In this document: positions 10,701-23,600 of the stretch, piece by piece
Numbering within the stretch: position 1 is the first letter of the stretch
Layout: every line of letters starts with the position of its first letter
Assembly (NCBI GenBank): GCA_051313645.2
Contig: JBNRSN020000005.1
Location: 179,924,001-179,988,000 of the forward strand
Reading direction: 5' to 3'
DNA length: 64,000 nt
Source of the DNA: Centroscyllium fabricii
Lineage: Eukaryota
The notes under the pieces: generated by a model
The model's input: only the letters and a program-made list of their open reading frames with translations
What the model was told of the DNA's origin: nothing
Databases searched by the model: none
Position numbers and translations under genes: made by a program

Positions 10701-12223
10701 TTGGTGGGGGCTGGGAACTCCGCGAGGAGCGTGCCGTACGTGTCGGAGTTCCGGGTTCGGCAGTGTGCCGCTGCGTGGGCCAGGTGTGCCGGCCCTGTGG
10801 AGCATGGGATGGTCGACATGTTGTGAATGTCGACCAGGCGGCGCCGGGTCATGTCGACCAGGAGGCCGTGGGCGCAGAGGAAATCTGCCCCGAGGAGGGG
10901 TAGTTTAACCTGGGCAGTGATAAAGTCCCAGTGGTACGTGTGGCCGGCGAGCTTGATGGTGAGCTTGCGGGTGCCGTACGTCTTTATTTCGGAGCCGTTT
11001 GCGGCCTCGAGTGGCGGGCCCCGGGTGCCTTTTTTGGCTTCTGCAGGGGAGGCTGGCACAATGCTGTGCTGTGCGCCTGTGTCGCAGAGGAACCGTAGGC
11101 CTGTGCCGCTGTCTGTGGCGTAGAGCAGTGCTCCAGTGTGGCCTACTGACATGGTGGGGCTTGAGCCGGGCTGGGGTTTGAAGGTGCAGGGCTGGACGCA
11201 GTGGTGCGCTTTGGAATCAAACCGCGTGTGGTAATAGCACCAGCCGGTGCCCGATGTGCGCGGCCTTTTGCGGGGTCGCGTTGGCCTGGGTTCAGGCCTG
11301 GAGTCGGACCTGGGGTGTGCGTAGGGGGGCTCGGCTGCCGTGGCAGAGATCCCGCACGTAGCGGAGCGGGAGCGCTCGGCCATCATGAGCTTGTCGGCCT
11401 CCTCAGCTAGCTCGTCCCCGCTCCGGTGGCAGAGGGCCGTCAGGGCCGGTCTGATGGAGGGGGGCAGTTTGAGGAGGAACATGGTGCGCTTGAGGGAGGC
11501 TGGATCTGCGTTCAGCGCTTCCATTTGGGCCCAAAGGTCCGATGGGTCTGCGTCCCCGAGTTCGGGGAGGTTCATGAGCTGGCAGTCGCGCTCAAATTGG
11601 GAGGGGGTGAATTTTTTAAACAGCGCGGCCTTAAGGAATTCGTACCTGCCTGCTGCTGGTGCACGCTGTAACGTCGGCCACATCCGATCGACCGTGGACT
11701 GCGGTAGGGCCGAGAAGACCAGGTCGTAGCGATCATCCCCCTGGACGCCATGGATGCGGCAGCTGGTTTCGATACACAGGAACCATGCCGCTGGGCGTAG
11801 CTCCCAGATCTCCGGTAGAGTTAGTCTGTGCCCGGGGTTCTGGCCAAGTCTTTGAGTTCGCGAAGCTTGGTTTCCTGAAGGCATGTTTGGTGGAAGTGCT
11901 CTGAGGCAGCTTGGCCCTCAGTCCTGCAGCAACTGCTTCTTTTCTCTTGGAAGACGTTCCAAGTTCGATGTCACCACTGTAGTGCATGCAGGCGTGAAGA
12001 ACCACGCGGGAGCCAGAAGGACAGAGAACACTTGTTTTATTCATTGCGTGGCCAGGTAGAAAGAGAGTGAACCACCTGGAGCAGGCTTATTTAAAGTGCC
12101 CGCGGTTGGTGATCTCATCACGCCGGAAGTCGCGGTGACGTCATCACGTCACCCGATGGGTGGGGCTGTGCCCCGCAGTACTTCCGAGGCGGATTCGATG
12201 TCTTTGGTGGGCGTGTCGCCACA
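7763..12223 (-). mobile_element. Full-length Gypsy LTR retrotransposon, CsRn1-like
   Basis: 246-bp TG...CA LTRs at 7763-8008 and 11978-12223 (about 6 mismatches); GATA TSD at 7759-7762 and 12224-12227; PPT GGGGGGGAG next to the 3' LTR; TGG-type PBS next to the 5' LTR. Confidence 0.95.
8112..11884 (-). pseudogene. gag-pol polyprotein (Gag CHCC knuckle, protease, RT, RNase H, integrase) with one stop and one frameshift
   Basis: [18 protein letters not shown]; LCDTGA; YLDD; TDASD; integrase H-H-C-C and DLVGP...SDRG...E; GPY motif. In-frame TAA at 9980-9982; frameshift near 8690-8700. Confidence 0.92.
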
Positions 12224-14343
12224 GATACGTATATTAGAATGCCGTTTATTGACTACAGCTCAGCATTCAACACCATCGTCCCCAGCAAGTTGTCTACCAA
12301 ACTCCTCACCCTTGGCCTGAACACCTCCCTCTGCAACTGGATCCTGGACTTCCTAACCAACAGACCACAGTCTGTGAAGTTAGGCAACCTCACCTCCCCC
12401 CCGCCCTTACCCTGAACACGGGAGCCCCACAAGGCTGTGTGCTGAGCCCCCTCCTCTACTCCCCATTCACCCATGACTGTGCGGCTGTCCACGGCTCCAA
12501 CACGATCATCAAGTTTGCGGACGACACCACGGTGGTTGGCCAGATCACCAACAACGATGAGTCAGCCTACAGGGATGAGATTCAGCGCCTTGTGGGATGG
12601 TGTGCCGATAACAACCTGGCACTGAACACCAAGAAAACCAAGGAGATCATAGTGGACTTCCGGAAGACTAAAAGCAGAAGACACACCCCCATCTTCATCC
12701 AAGGGGCTGAGGTGGAAAGGGCGTCCAGCTTCAAGTTCCTCGGGGTCCACATCTCGGAAAACCTCGCCTGGTCACTAAACACCTCCTCTCTGGTTAAGAA
12801 GGCCCAACAGCGTCTGTACTTCCTAAGGAAGCTGAAAAAAGCCAAGCTGTCATCCGGCATCCTCACCAACTTCTACCGCTGCACAATCGAAAGCATACTG
12901 ACAAGCTGCATCCAAGTCTGGTATGGGAACTGCACCATCTCGGACCGGAAGACCCTGCAGCGGGTAGTCAAAACTGCCCAACGAATCACCGGCACCCAGC
13001 TACCGTCAATTGATTGCACCTACCTCAAACGTTGCCTACGGAGGTCTCAGAACATTATTAAAGACCCCACACACCCCAGCCACAGTCTGTTCGCCCCCCT
13101 GCCCTCCGGGAGATGCTACTGATCAATCCGCAACCCCACGACTAGATTCAAGAACAGCTTCTTCCCCAGGGCAGTCAGCCTCCTGAACTCTAACAAAAAA
13201 CTCCATTATCTGCACACCTGAAATGTACTTTACTGTATGCAATTGTATGTAACTTATTTGCACTACTCTCGGGAGCAGCGAGTCTTCGTTTTGTTGTATT
13301 GTACTTGTACTCTGCAATGACAATAAAACTTGAATTGAATTGAATTGAAATTGAATTGATAACCCCGCCTCACAGGGACATGAAAATCACCCCCATAATC
13401 TGGAAACTTACTTTCAAATATGTGTTTGAGTATTGTAGTACAGGTACTATTGTGACCCTCCAAAGGTTGTAAATGGCTGAATCTTTGTATTCTTGATATT
13501 TCAGTGGGCATGTTCAGGATCTCCAGTTAACCTTGTTGTTTAATTTTCCTACTGCTCTCTTCTTGTTAAGCTATCTTGTATCTTATGATTATGTTCCTTG
13601 TTCTGTTCTATAAATTATCTAAATAATTTTTTTTTTTTAAACAGGTTAATCATTTGGACAGTAACTCAATAAGGCAACTCAGTTTATTGACCAAGTTAAT
13701 TATACAGGTCTTTCTCATGAATGGAGTCTACTGTCTCAGAATTATGACTAGAAACATGAGTAATTTTATCAGCTGGACAACAGTATGCATTTTAACAACC
13801 GTGATGCTTGAAAAAAAGGTACAGAAAATCAAGCAATTGGCATTGAATTGCAAAAAGAGTGCCATGCTGTTAAAATAATGCTGCTGTATTTTATTTTACT
13901 TTGGAAAGAAACTTTTCCTGGAGTAAAAATGAGAATGTTCAAATTGCCTGAAATTTCCATGAAAAATGGTTTTAAAAAAGGACAGAAATTGTAACAGTGT
14001 AGGTTTTACTGATGGTAGATCACTTGTAGCTCAGCAACACGAAGACTTATATAATTGTTCACAAATTGGAGCTGATCTTATCGTAGTCTTGCTGTATTTA
14101 AAATTTACATATAGATTGCCCACTTAACAATTTTCTGATCATGGCTATAATGTCATAAGGCAAGTTTGCTCCGAAGACATGAAATTGCACAATAATGGAA
14201 ACTTGCAACAAAATGTTCCACCTATTTATCATTAGAAGTTAAATATAAAATGTTTCTAGATGATTAAAGGATGAACATAGAGATCAGTATGCCATTTGTT
14301 TGCACTGTTGACTGCACAAATATACAGATTCCTCAGGTTGCAC

Positions 14344-14746
14344 GGACGGCACGGTGGCATAGTGGTTAGCACTGCTGTCTCACAGCACTGGAGACCCGGG
14401 TTCAAATCCAGCCTCGGGTACTATCTGTGTGGAGTTTACACATTCTCCCCGTGTCTGCGTGGGTTTCCTCCGGGTGCTCCGGTTTCCTCCCACAGTCCAA
14501 AGATGTGCGGGTTAGGTTGATTGGCCATGTTAAATTGACCCTTAGTGTTAGGGCGATTGAATGTGTGGGGTTACGGGGATAGTGTGGGATGTGTGTCGGT
14601 GCAGGCTTGATAGGGATTGAGGGATATGGGGAGAAGGCAGGGGCGGGGTGCTGGGTTTGGATGATCAGCCATGATCTCATTGAATGGCGGAGCAGGCTCG
14701 AAGGGCCGAATGGTCTACTCCTGCTCCTATCTTCTATGTTTCTATG
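14344..14746 (+). mobile_element. tRNA-derived SINE (HE1-like) with CR1-derived 3' tail
   Basis: A box TGGCATAGTGG, B box GGTTCAAATCC; tail shared with CR1 3' ends in the window; (TTCTATG)n end. Confidence 0.85.
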
Positions 14747-14907
14747 TTGTGAGGGGATGATAACTAGAATCTCTAGTTCATTTTGCCAAACAGTAATTAG
14801 AAGCCAAATTCTCGTGGGTATGTATAGACAGAAAAACTGCTCCATCTACAAAGTCCTAAAGCTGACTGGCACAGTGCCACCTCCCTGGTACAACTCCTAT
14901 CACCCAC

Positions 14908-15042
14908 CTTATCCTGCGTGACTCGCTTTGATGGGGCGTTAATGCCAAGTTGTTCTAATGGATAGATAATCTGTCGTCTCCGGCGCACAGGAACTAGGTA
15001 ATGAAGGGCAGATGTCAGGGAATGAGCATGTGGACTGTTAGT
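14908..15042 (-). CDS. CFAP61: CFAP61 coding exon (135 nt): [45 protein letters not shown]
   Basis: TTTCCTTTCAG acceptor, AAG|GTGGGT donor, phase 0/0; matches the recalled CFAP61 motif [33 protein letters not shown]. Confidence 0.92.
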
Positions 15043-15655
15043 CTGAAAGGAAAGATTTACAGTTACCTCCAGGAAGTAATGTAAAGATAATTCATTAGCT
15101 TCTCAATGAATAAATCTGAAATATATTGTGTAAAACTCAAGAAACTTTAAGCCAAAACAACTAAAATATCACCTGAAGCATAGGAATGAATCCCTCATTA
15201 TAGCTGGCACTAATGAGCCTAAATATGATGCATGAGTAATGATATTATAGTCTCTATGGAAATTGCAGAAAAACAAATGGTAAGCTTTATGGCACGAGCA
15301 ATGTACGGCAGTTTCTAAATGGAAAAAAAATCAGTATGCTAATTACAAATCAGCCATATTAAGTCTAAAGAAAAATCAGAAGCATCTTTCGTTTAGGTAA
15401 ATTTAATGTTGTACTAAGACAATATTTTAGGCCATCGTCAACTGTCTACATCTAAGTCTAAAGTTGTGCATAAACCACCCAATTCACAAAACTGTATTCT
15501 CCACTCTTTGCAGATAATAACTTCAGCACATGTAGATGAAAAATAAAAACAAACAGAAGTACATTAAAAAAAATAAGGTATATAGGTAATTTAATTACAA
15601 CTGGTATACTACAATATCTGTTAAACACTATAACAGTTTGTTTTGTTGTTTTTAC

Positions 15656-15862
15656 CTTAGTCCGTGATGCTTTTGGGTAGACAGGGTAGTACAGGCATGT
15701 CTTACAAGTGATCCGAAGTATCTCTTTGAGAAAATGTCTGGTACGGTGATGGAAAATTGGGTTCAAAGCAAAGTGATAGAGATGACCATGTTCTTCGCGT
15801 TGGTGATGGTTGAAGTAGATAAAGTTTTCAATGTTATAATGTGAACGGATATATTCAATATC
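15656..15862 (-). CDS. CFAP61: CFAP61 coding exon (207 nt): DIEYIRSHYNIENFIYFNHHQREEHGHLYHFALNPIF...YPVYPKASRTK
   Basis: CCTGCCAG acceptor, AAG|GTAAAA donor, phase 0/0; hallmark DIEYIRSHYNIE.FIYF.HH.REEHGH..HFALNPIF. Confidence 0.95.
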
Positions 15863-16225
15863 CTGGCAGGTGAAAAAAAATCACATTGAACATGGGAAAA
15901 AATACCTACAGTTAGAGCAGATAAAAATAGGAACATATTTATAATGAACTGTCACAAACTAATGTGTGGGGGAAAATTTTAATTAAACTACTGTGGGATT
16001 TGTTGTATATAATTCATTACATATGTTATGAGGTTTTGGTACCAGCACAGAGTCTCACTCAACAGGAGTACAGATCGAGAATTGATTGGAAAAAGTGCCA
16101 GGAGCGGAACCTCACAAACTTAACCTTATGATGCACTTTCCCTCTCTGTAAAGGTTATTCCATACATCTAAACACACATTTACATAAAACACGCACCTGG
16201 ATTTCCCAATGCAAAATGGCACACA

Positions 16226-17002
16226 CGGGGGAACTTCGCCGTAAGTGCGGGAACCTGGCGGGGATTGGTCTGGGCGGCTTCCTGTCCCGCCCGCCCAAAC
16301 AGCTGGGAAGACCACGCAATTTTAATTTAATTGGGTTGTTAAATCCCCGCCGGCGGCAGCGGGTGGTAATTAACTCAATCGAGTCGGGCTGCAGCGGGGC
16401 TGCGAGGAGTTTGATTGACAGTTCCAGCACTGGTTGTTGACAGTTCCCATGGAAACACTCCACTGTGACATCACAGTCGAGTGGAACCAATGGGAAAGGG
16501 CAAGTGCTGGTGACTGACAGGTGGGCAGGCAGGCTCAGAATCCTTGACAGCTCGCACTGGCTGTGCGCAAATGTGCAAATCTGAGATTTCTCAGATTTTG
16601 CTCACAGCTGGTGCAGCAACCAGAGTGACTTACTCCTCTAAGGTGCTGGAGGCATGCCAAGCATTTGGCAGCATGTCCTTCACACCTTGAAGGAGAAAGT
16701 AATGACCAGCGCTGTGCTCCAGCTGGGTTTCACCCAGCGGGGTTTAAGGTGACGGGGTTAGGGTGGGAAACAGCTCAAAATGGCTGAGGGACCTTAAAAT
16801 GGCATTAAACATGCCAATTAAGGGCCCTTAACGAGGTGACAACCCATCCCCGCCGGCCGGCGGTGGGAAGGTTTCGGGCCGGGGGAAAATGAGAAAGCGG
16901 TGGGGATCCGGCAGGGCGGGGGGGTCGCGACCCACTGGTTGCGCTATTTTGCCGGCCGAGCCGCCCAAAACCCCGCCTCACGGGGACATGAAATTGCCCC
17001 CC
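16226..17002. mobile_element. MITE family A copy 2
   Basis: Colinear with copies 1 and 3; probable ACA duplication on the flanks. Confidence 0.85.
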
Positions 17003-17009
17003 ACAGAGT

Positions 17010-17338
17010 TACATAGAAGTACACAGAATTTACGACACAGAAACAGGCCATTTGGCCCAACTGGTCTTTGTCGGTGTTATGCTCCACACAAACCACTTCC
17101 CACCCATCTTCATTTAATGCCATCAGCCTATCCTTCAATTCCTTTCTCCCTCATCCTTGTCTAGCTTCCCCTTAAATGCATCTATGTTATTTGCCTCAAC
17201 TACGCCATGTGGAAGCAAGTTCCACATTCTTGCCACTCTTTGGGTAAAGAAGTTTCTCCTGAATTCCCTATTAGATTTACTGGTGACTATCTTACATTTA
17301 TGGCCCCTAGTTTTGGTCGCCCCCACAAGTGGAAACAT
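17010..17338 (-). mobile_element. CR1 LINE 3' fragment
   Basis: TRGH...RRNFFTQRV.RMWNLLP..VVEA C-terminal ORF2 motif. Confidence 0.85.
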
Positions 17339-17582
17339 CGACAGGAAGTTTGCCTACCTGGGCAGTTCGATGCGGGCGCTGGCCATGGCGGATCGCGACC
17401 CCGTTGCTGGCTCCTCTCTAGGAGGGATGTCAGCACAGACGTGGGTCCTCATGACCCCAAGACCCCACTGATGTGCAGCAATGTGCTCTCCAGCTCCTTG
17501 GCAGCAGGGAAGTGAGTAAGCTGCCTCTACCTCTGCTGAAGCCACAGGGCTAGCACCTCATACAAGCACGCGGAAGAGAAAG

Positions 17583-17970
17583 ATAGAAACATAGAAGATA
17601 GGAGCAGGAGTAGGCCATTCGGCCCTTCGTGCCTGCTCCGCCATTCAATGAGATCATGGCTGATCATCCAAACCCAGCACCCCGACCCTGCCTTCTCCCC
17701 ATATCCCTATCGAGCCTGCACCGACACATATCCCACCCTATCCCCGTAACCCCACATATTCAATTTCCCTAACACTAAGGGTCAATTTTTATCATGGCCA
17801 ATCAACCTAACCCGCACATCTTTGGATGGTGGGAGGAAACCGGAGCACCCGGAGGAAACCCACACAGACACGGGAAGAATGTGCAAACTCCACACAGATA
17901 GTACCTGAGGCTGGATTTGAACCCGGGTCTCTAGCGCTGTGAAGCAACAGTGCTAACCACTATGCCGCCC
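17583..17970 (-). mobile_element. HE1-like SINE
   Basis: Reverse complement of 14344-14746. Confidence 0.85.
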
Positions 17971-18849
17971 CACACAATGACACACAAGTTGATTCACAAG
18001 GGTAGCCGCTTGGTGTTTTATCAAATGTTTATGTAAAGTTTCCATTAATGTGCTGTCAAACATAAAAATCTTTACTTTCAACACTTGGACAGATTTGTGT
18101 GCACCTTTGGAAGTGGCTTAGTGAGTTGCAGTGACTTGTGAGACATAATGGTGGTGAGTGTGAAAAGAATCGCTTGGGCATTGCAGGGATGCTTTATAGT
18201 GTTGGCGTGGGGTGGTGCCAACCTGGTGCATCATGTGGCAGCCACATGGGCGTACAGCGTCACGTTAAGTAAATCTGGCCATGATGAGGCCATCCCTAGC
18301 ATCAATGAGCTCAGGTGCTGATGCCCTCTGTCCTGTGCAGCATCAGGTGATTGTGGAGAAGGTTGGTGATGTTGTTGTTCAGGCTGCTGGTGTGCCTTGT
18401 GCTGTTGGTGTTGGGGCTTATCGTGGTCAGATTCTGAGGACCAAGGTGAGACAGTGTAAATGGCACCTATGTTGATGGAATAGATGGCAGGTGAAGTAGA
18501 GAAGACAGAAGCAATCTGTCAATGGTGAGAGAGGTTCTTCCAATGAGCTGGCACTGGGTGGAGACTTTGCTGGATAGACTTGCAGCCTGCAGAATCTGTG
18601 CTGGGATTGCAGTGAGCAACAGCTTCTGCCTGAGGAAAGTCATCAGCTGTCAGGTGGGAGCTTTTATAGTACATTTCATGCTGTCAACCAATCAGCTGGA
18701 GTAATGACCACTGAGCTCCCGCCTCAGGTTGGCAGATGCGGTTATCGAGCAGTGTGGTTCCCGTGGCCATCCAGGTAAATTTAAAAGGTTAAAAAGACTC
18801 TGAAGGGTCTGAGAACAAGCTAATAATCCTTTAAATTCCAGCCATCTTC

Positions 18850-19405
18850 TCTACGTCTACCCTATCAAACCCCTTCATCATTTTAAAGACTTTTACTTAG
18901 TCACCCCTCAGCCTTCTCTTTTCTAAAGAAAAGAGCCTCAGCCTGTTCAGCCTATATCTCAATTAAGTATAACCTCTCAGTTCTGGCATCATCCTTGTAA
19001 ATCTTTTTTGCACTTTCTACAGTGCGTCTATATCCTTTTTATAATATGGAGACCAGAACTGTGCACAGTACTCCAAGTGTGGTCTAACCAAGGCTCGATA
19101 CAAGTTTAACATAATTTCTCTGATTTTCAACTCTATCCCTCCAGAAATGAACACCAGTGCTTTGTTTGTCTTTTTATGGCCTTATGGCCTTTTTATGGCC
19201 TTTATGGCTGCTTTGCAACTTTTAGTGATTTGTGTATCTGTACCTCCAGATCCCTTTGCTCCTCTACCCCATTTAGACTCTGATTTTCCAAGGAGTTTGT
19301 GGCCTCCTTATTCTTTCTACCAAACAGTAATACCTCACACTTATCTATATTGAAATTCATCTGCCAATTACATGCCCATTCTGCAAGTTTATTAATGTCT
19401 TCTCG
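18850..19405 (-). mobile_element. CR1 LINE ORF2 fragment
   Basis: LAEWACNWQMNFNIDKCEV...QRDL motif. Confidence 0.8.
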
Positions 19406-19468
19406 ATACACTGCACATGAAAATAACTGAGGTACATTTTGTGATTTTTTTTATAGTATTCAGATATA

Positions 19469-19646
19469 AGGAGTGATCTTAACTTTCAGTGGTGGAAAAC
19501 TGGCTGTAGTGGATGGGCCAGTTAGACACCCCACCCAATTTCCCTTTCCACTGAAGTTAATGGAACGGAAACTGGGTGGGCTGTATAACTGGCCACCGAT
19601 CATCTACCACCAGTTTGCAGCCACCGCTGAAAGTTAAAATTGGCGC
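19469..19646. mobile_element. Small, almost fully palindromic MITE-like element
   Basis: TTAACTTTCAGTGGTGG (19479) pairs with CCACCGCTGAAAGTTAA (19621-19637); internal GGCCAGTTA/TAACTGGCC and CCACCCA/TGGGTGG arms. Confidence 0.6.
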
Positions 19647-20344
19647 TATAATGTGTACTTGGGCTGTTGACATGATCACCAATGTAAAATATTGCAAGTC
19701 GTACATGAAAAATGAGGGAAATGGGTGCTACTGTAGGTTAAACGTTGGCCTTTCACCTCTGTGGCCCGAGATCAATTCATTGAAAAGAATTTGGGCAGTC
19801 TCAATCCATTTGTCCCCATTTACTCCCAACGCTAATAATATTTAAATAATGACTGGGCTGCCATTAATGTACAGGGTGCATTATGCAGTAGTTTTTGTTT
19901 TCCATAAATATTGTGATACCCATTGGATTTTGGGACATTGTGCCAGCTCCAGTTGCCAGAGGATAAGAGGGAACAGAGATCAGCAGGAGAAGACTTCAGA
20001 CTGGACCAATTAGAAGCAAATGTTCTTTGCTAGTTCATCTGCAAAACTGTATATATCTTATCAATTACATCTTACGAAGTGCAGATCGGAACAGAATGTT
20101 AAGCTGCGAGTTTGGTGAGTGAGAGAGTGAATCTTAAAGGTCAATCTCTTATTTTTATAAATTCTAGTCTTGTGTGTTTGCAATTAGTTTCTTCCAGGCT
20201 TGGGCAGGGCTAAGCAAGCTCTGTGCTGGAGAGCAGGTGAGAGTAATTAATTAATGAAGTGGTCTAATCTGGTTCTGCATCTTATATTGCTAAGCACTTT
20301 GAGTCTACTCTTTTTAGTAGGATCTTAAATAAATTGTCTGTAAA

Positions 20345-20595
20345 TTAATAACACTTTAAATAAACCTTAACAAATTAAATTAAAATTTGATTTTCCGGGT
20401 TGATGATGCACTCCAGTCCCCGCGGTGCCCACCGGTCACGGAAAACCTCAAGCGTACCGGCAGACACCGCGTGCTCCATCTCCAGGGCCACCCGGGCACG
20501 AACATGGCCGCGGAAGAGAGGCAGGCAATCCGGACGGATGAAATCTGGTTCTGTAACTGCCAGAGAGCTCACTTATTTCAATCTCAGCCGTAAAA
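20345..20595 (-). mobile_element. Tx1/L1-like LINE 3' end fragment
   Basis: DCLPLFRGHVRARVALEMEHAVSAGTLEVFRDRWAP resembles a Tx1-clade ORF2 C-terminus. Confidence 0.55.
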
Positions 20596-20699
20596 ATAAG
20601 GGAGGCTAGAGTGGACTTTGTCATGGAGTGCAGATTGGAACAGAGGGTGAAGTTGTGAGTTAAGGGAGTTTGGGGCGGGAAGTGTTTCTTTCTTGTTCC

Positions 20700-23600
20700 A
20701 TCTTTGTCAGCTTCCAGGAGAGCAGGAGCTAAAAAGTTGCACAAGAGGGGACAGAGAACCAGTGGTGAATATTTCTACATTCCAGTCATTAAAGTGAAAG
20801 TAAGGTCTCTAGTTCAGAGTAAGTAGCGTTTAAAGGGAAATAGGTCCCTAGTGCATTTAATATTCTTTAATTTAAAGGGAGTAAATTAAGGGTAGGACAG
20901 GGCAGCTTGGCAGTGTAGAGTGCTCCTCCTGTGCTATGTGGGAAGTCAAGGACACTTTAGGTGTCCAGGGTGAACACATGTGCAGGAAGTGTCTCCAGCT
21001 GCAGCCACTTCAAATCTGTGTTTTGGAGCTGTCACTGGCGCATCTGTGAAGCTCAGATCTTGGTGGATAGCATGTTTAACAAGGTGGTCACACTGCAAGT
21101 AAAGAATGCACAGGCAGACAGGGAATGGGTGACCACCAGACAGAGTAAAAGACCTAGGAAGGTAGTGCAGGAGTCCCCTGGGTCCATCTCCCTTTCTGAC
21201 AGATTTTGTCTTTTGGATACTGATGGGGGAGATGATTTCTCAGGAGAATGCAGCAAGAGCCAGGTCTGTGGCACTATGAGTAGCTCAGCTGCACAGGAGG
21301 GGAGGAAAAAGAGTGGGAGTACAATAGTGATAGAGGATTCTATTGTAAGGGGAACAGGTAGATGTTTCTGTGGCTGCAGACATGACTCCAGAATGGTATG
21401 TTGCCTCCCTAGTGCCAGGGTCAAGGATGTCACTGAATGGCTACATGGCATTCTGAAGGGAGAGGGTCAACAGTCAGGTTGTGGTTCACATTGGTGCTAA
21501 CGACCTGGGAAGAAAGAGGGATGAGGTCCTGCAACAAGAATTTAGGGAGCTAGGTAGCAGATTAAAAAGCAGGACCTCAAAGGTTGTAATCTTTGGATTA
21601 ATCCTGGTACCATGTGCTTGTGAGTAGGAATAGGAGGATAGGGCAGATGAATGTGCGGCTAAAGAGTTGGTGCAGGAGGGAGGGCTTGAGTTTCCTGGAT
21701 CACTGGGTCTGCTTCTGGGGAAGGTGTGACCTGTGCAAGTCGGATGGGTTGCACGGGAACCAGAATGGGACCAACATCCTTGTGGGGAGGTTTGCCAGTG
21801 CTGTTGGGGGTTTAAACTAACTTGGCAGGGGGTGAAATATGGAGTCGAGCTACAGTAGGGGGTGATGCACAGCCAAATATAGAGGAACAAACAAGTCCGC
21901 CTGGAAGGCAGAGCAAATATGTAACCGCACAAGTGAGTATGGCAAGGCTGGATGGCATTTATTTTAATGCAAGGAGTCTTGCGAGTAACACAGATGAATT
22001 GAAGGTGTTGAACACATGGTGTATGATATTGCTACTATCACAGAGACATGGTTGAGGGAGGGGCAGGACTTGCAGCTCAATATTCTGGGGTACAGAATCT
22101 TCAGGCGAGACAGAGGGGGGTGTAAAAGAGGGGTATTGCAATATTAATCAAGGAGTCAATTACTGCTGTAAGGATGGATGATATCTTTGCAGGTTCCTTT
22201 AATGCGGCTATATGGGTAGAACTTGAAAACAAAAAAGGGAGCAAGCACTTTGCTGGGAGTGTACTATAGGCCCCCAAACAGTCAGGGGGAGATAGAGGAA
22301 CAGATGTGTAGGCAAATCTCGGGTGTAGAAACAATAGGGTAATAATAGTAGGGGATTTCAACTTTCCCAATATTAACTGGGATAGTCAGAGTGTGAAAGG
22401 CTTGGAAGGTGCAGAATTCTTAAAGTGCATACAGGAGAGCTTTTTGAGCCAGTATGTAGAGGGTCCTACAAGAGAGGGGGCGGTGCTGGACCTGATTCTA
22501 GGAAATGTAGCCGGACAAGTGGTAAAAGTGTTAGTAGGAGAGCACTTTGGTGACCGTGACCATAATTCGGTGAGATTTAAGGTAGTCATGGAAAAGGACT
22601 GGAAATAAAGGCCAATTTTAATATAAGGCAGGAACTGGTCGAAGTGGACTGGGATCAGCTACTTGTAGGAAAATCCACATCAGAGCAGTGGGAGTCTTTC
22701 AGAAAGGAAATAAGAGTACAATGGCAACATGTTCCCGTAAAGGTCAAGGATAGGACCAACAAGCCCAGGGAACCCTGGATGTCCAGGGATATACGAGCAT
22801 GGATTAGGAAAAAAAGGGAGGCTTTTGGCAGATACAGGTACAAAGGACTAATGACAGAGGAAGCCCTAGAGGAGTATAGAAAGTGCAGGGGGGTACTAAA
22901 AAAGAAATTCGGAGAGCAAAGCGGGGGCATGCAAAAACACTAGCGGGCAAAATAAAGGAAAATCCCAAGGTGTTTTATAAGTATATTGAGGGCAAGAGGA
23001 TAACCAGGGAATGAGTAGGGTCCATTAGAGACCAAAGTGGATCTGTGTGTAGAGCCAGAAGATGTAGGTGAGGTTTTAAATGAATATTTTGCATCTGTGT
23101 TCACTATGGAGAAGGACGATGCAGGCATATAAATTAGGCAGTGGGATTGTGATATACTTGAACAAATTAGTATTGAGACAGAGGAGGTGCTAGCGGTTTT
23201 AGCGGGCTTAAAAGTGGATAAATCCCCAGGCCCAAAAGTGGATAAATCGCGAGGCCCAGACGAGATGTATCCCAGGCTGCTGTGTGAGGCAAGGGAGGAG
23301 ATTGCAGGGGCTCTGACACAAAATTTCAGAACCTCGCTGGCCACATTGGAGGTGCCAGAGGACTGGAGGAGAGCTAATGTAGTACCATTATTCAAGAAGG
23401 GTAGTAGGGATAAACCAGGGAGTTACAGGCCAGTGAGCTGAACATCAGTGGTAGGGAAATTATTGGGGAAAATTCTGAGGGACAGAATTAGTCTTCACTT
23501 GGAGAGGCGAGGATTAATCAAGGATAGTCAGCATAGCTTTGTCAGGGGAGATCATGTCTGACCAATTTGATTGAATTTTTCGAGGGGGTAACTAGGTGTG

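Larger units (their letters stand above)
7638..13360 (+). mobile_element. 5'-truncated Rex1/Babar LINE (7638-7762 + 12228-13360), split by a Gypsy element
   Basis: [17 protein letters not shown]...HLDSKD|[18 protein letters not shown] rejoins across the insertion; GAPQGCVLSPLLYS, KFADDTT, KKAQQRLYFLRKL, FYRCTIESILT; AATAAA plus (TTGAA)n tail at 13322-13359. Confidence 0.9.
6896..13394. mobile_element. MITE family A copy 1 (6896-7637 + 13361-13394), split by a Rex1 LINE
   Basis: Colinear with copies at 16226-17002 and 56217-57051; G-rich/C-rich short TIRs; ATA on both flanks. Confidence 0.85.

Noticed and set aside
8709-11729. Several long plus-strand ORFs antisense to the Gypsy pol
   Set aside because: Expected shadow ORFs of GC-rich coding sequence.
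11965-11976. Assigning PBS TGGTGACATCGA to tRNA-Trp
   Set aside because: Only a partial match from memory; cannot be confirmed without the host tRNA set.
13625-13825. Strong plus-strand acceptor T12-AAACAG with a possible donor near 13819
   Set aside because: No recognisable coding content; poly-T plus CAG is common in AT-rich introns.
14344-14420. tRNA gene
   Set aside because: tRNA-like head of a multicopy SINE, continuing into the SINE body and CR1 tail.
17340-18800. Probable further Harbinger partner-gene relic around the SINE
   Set aside because: Too decayed to define ends or product.
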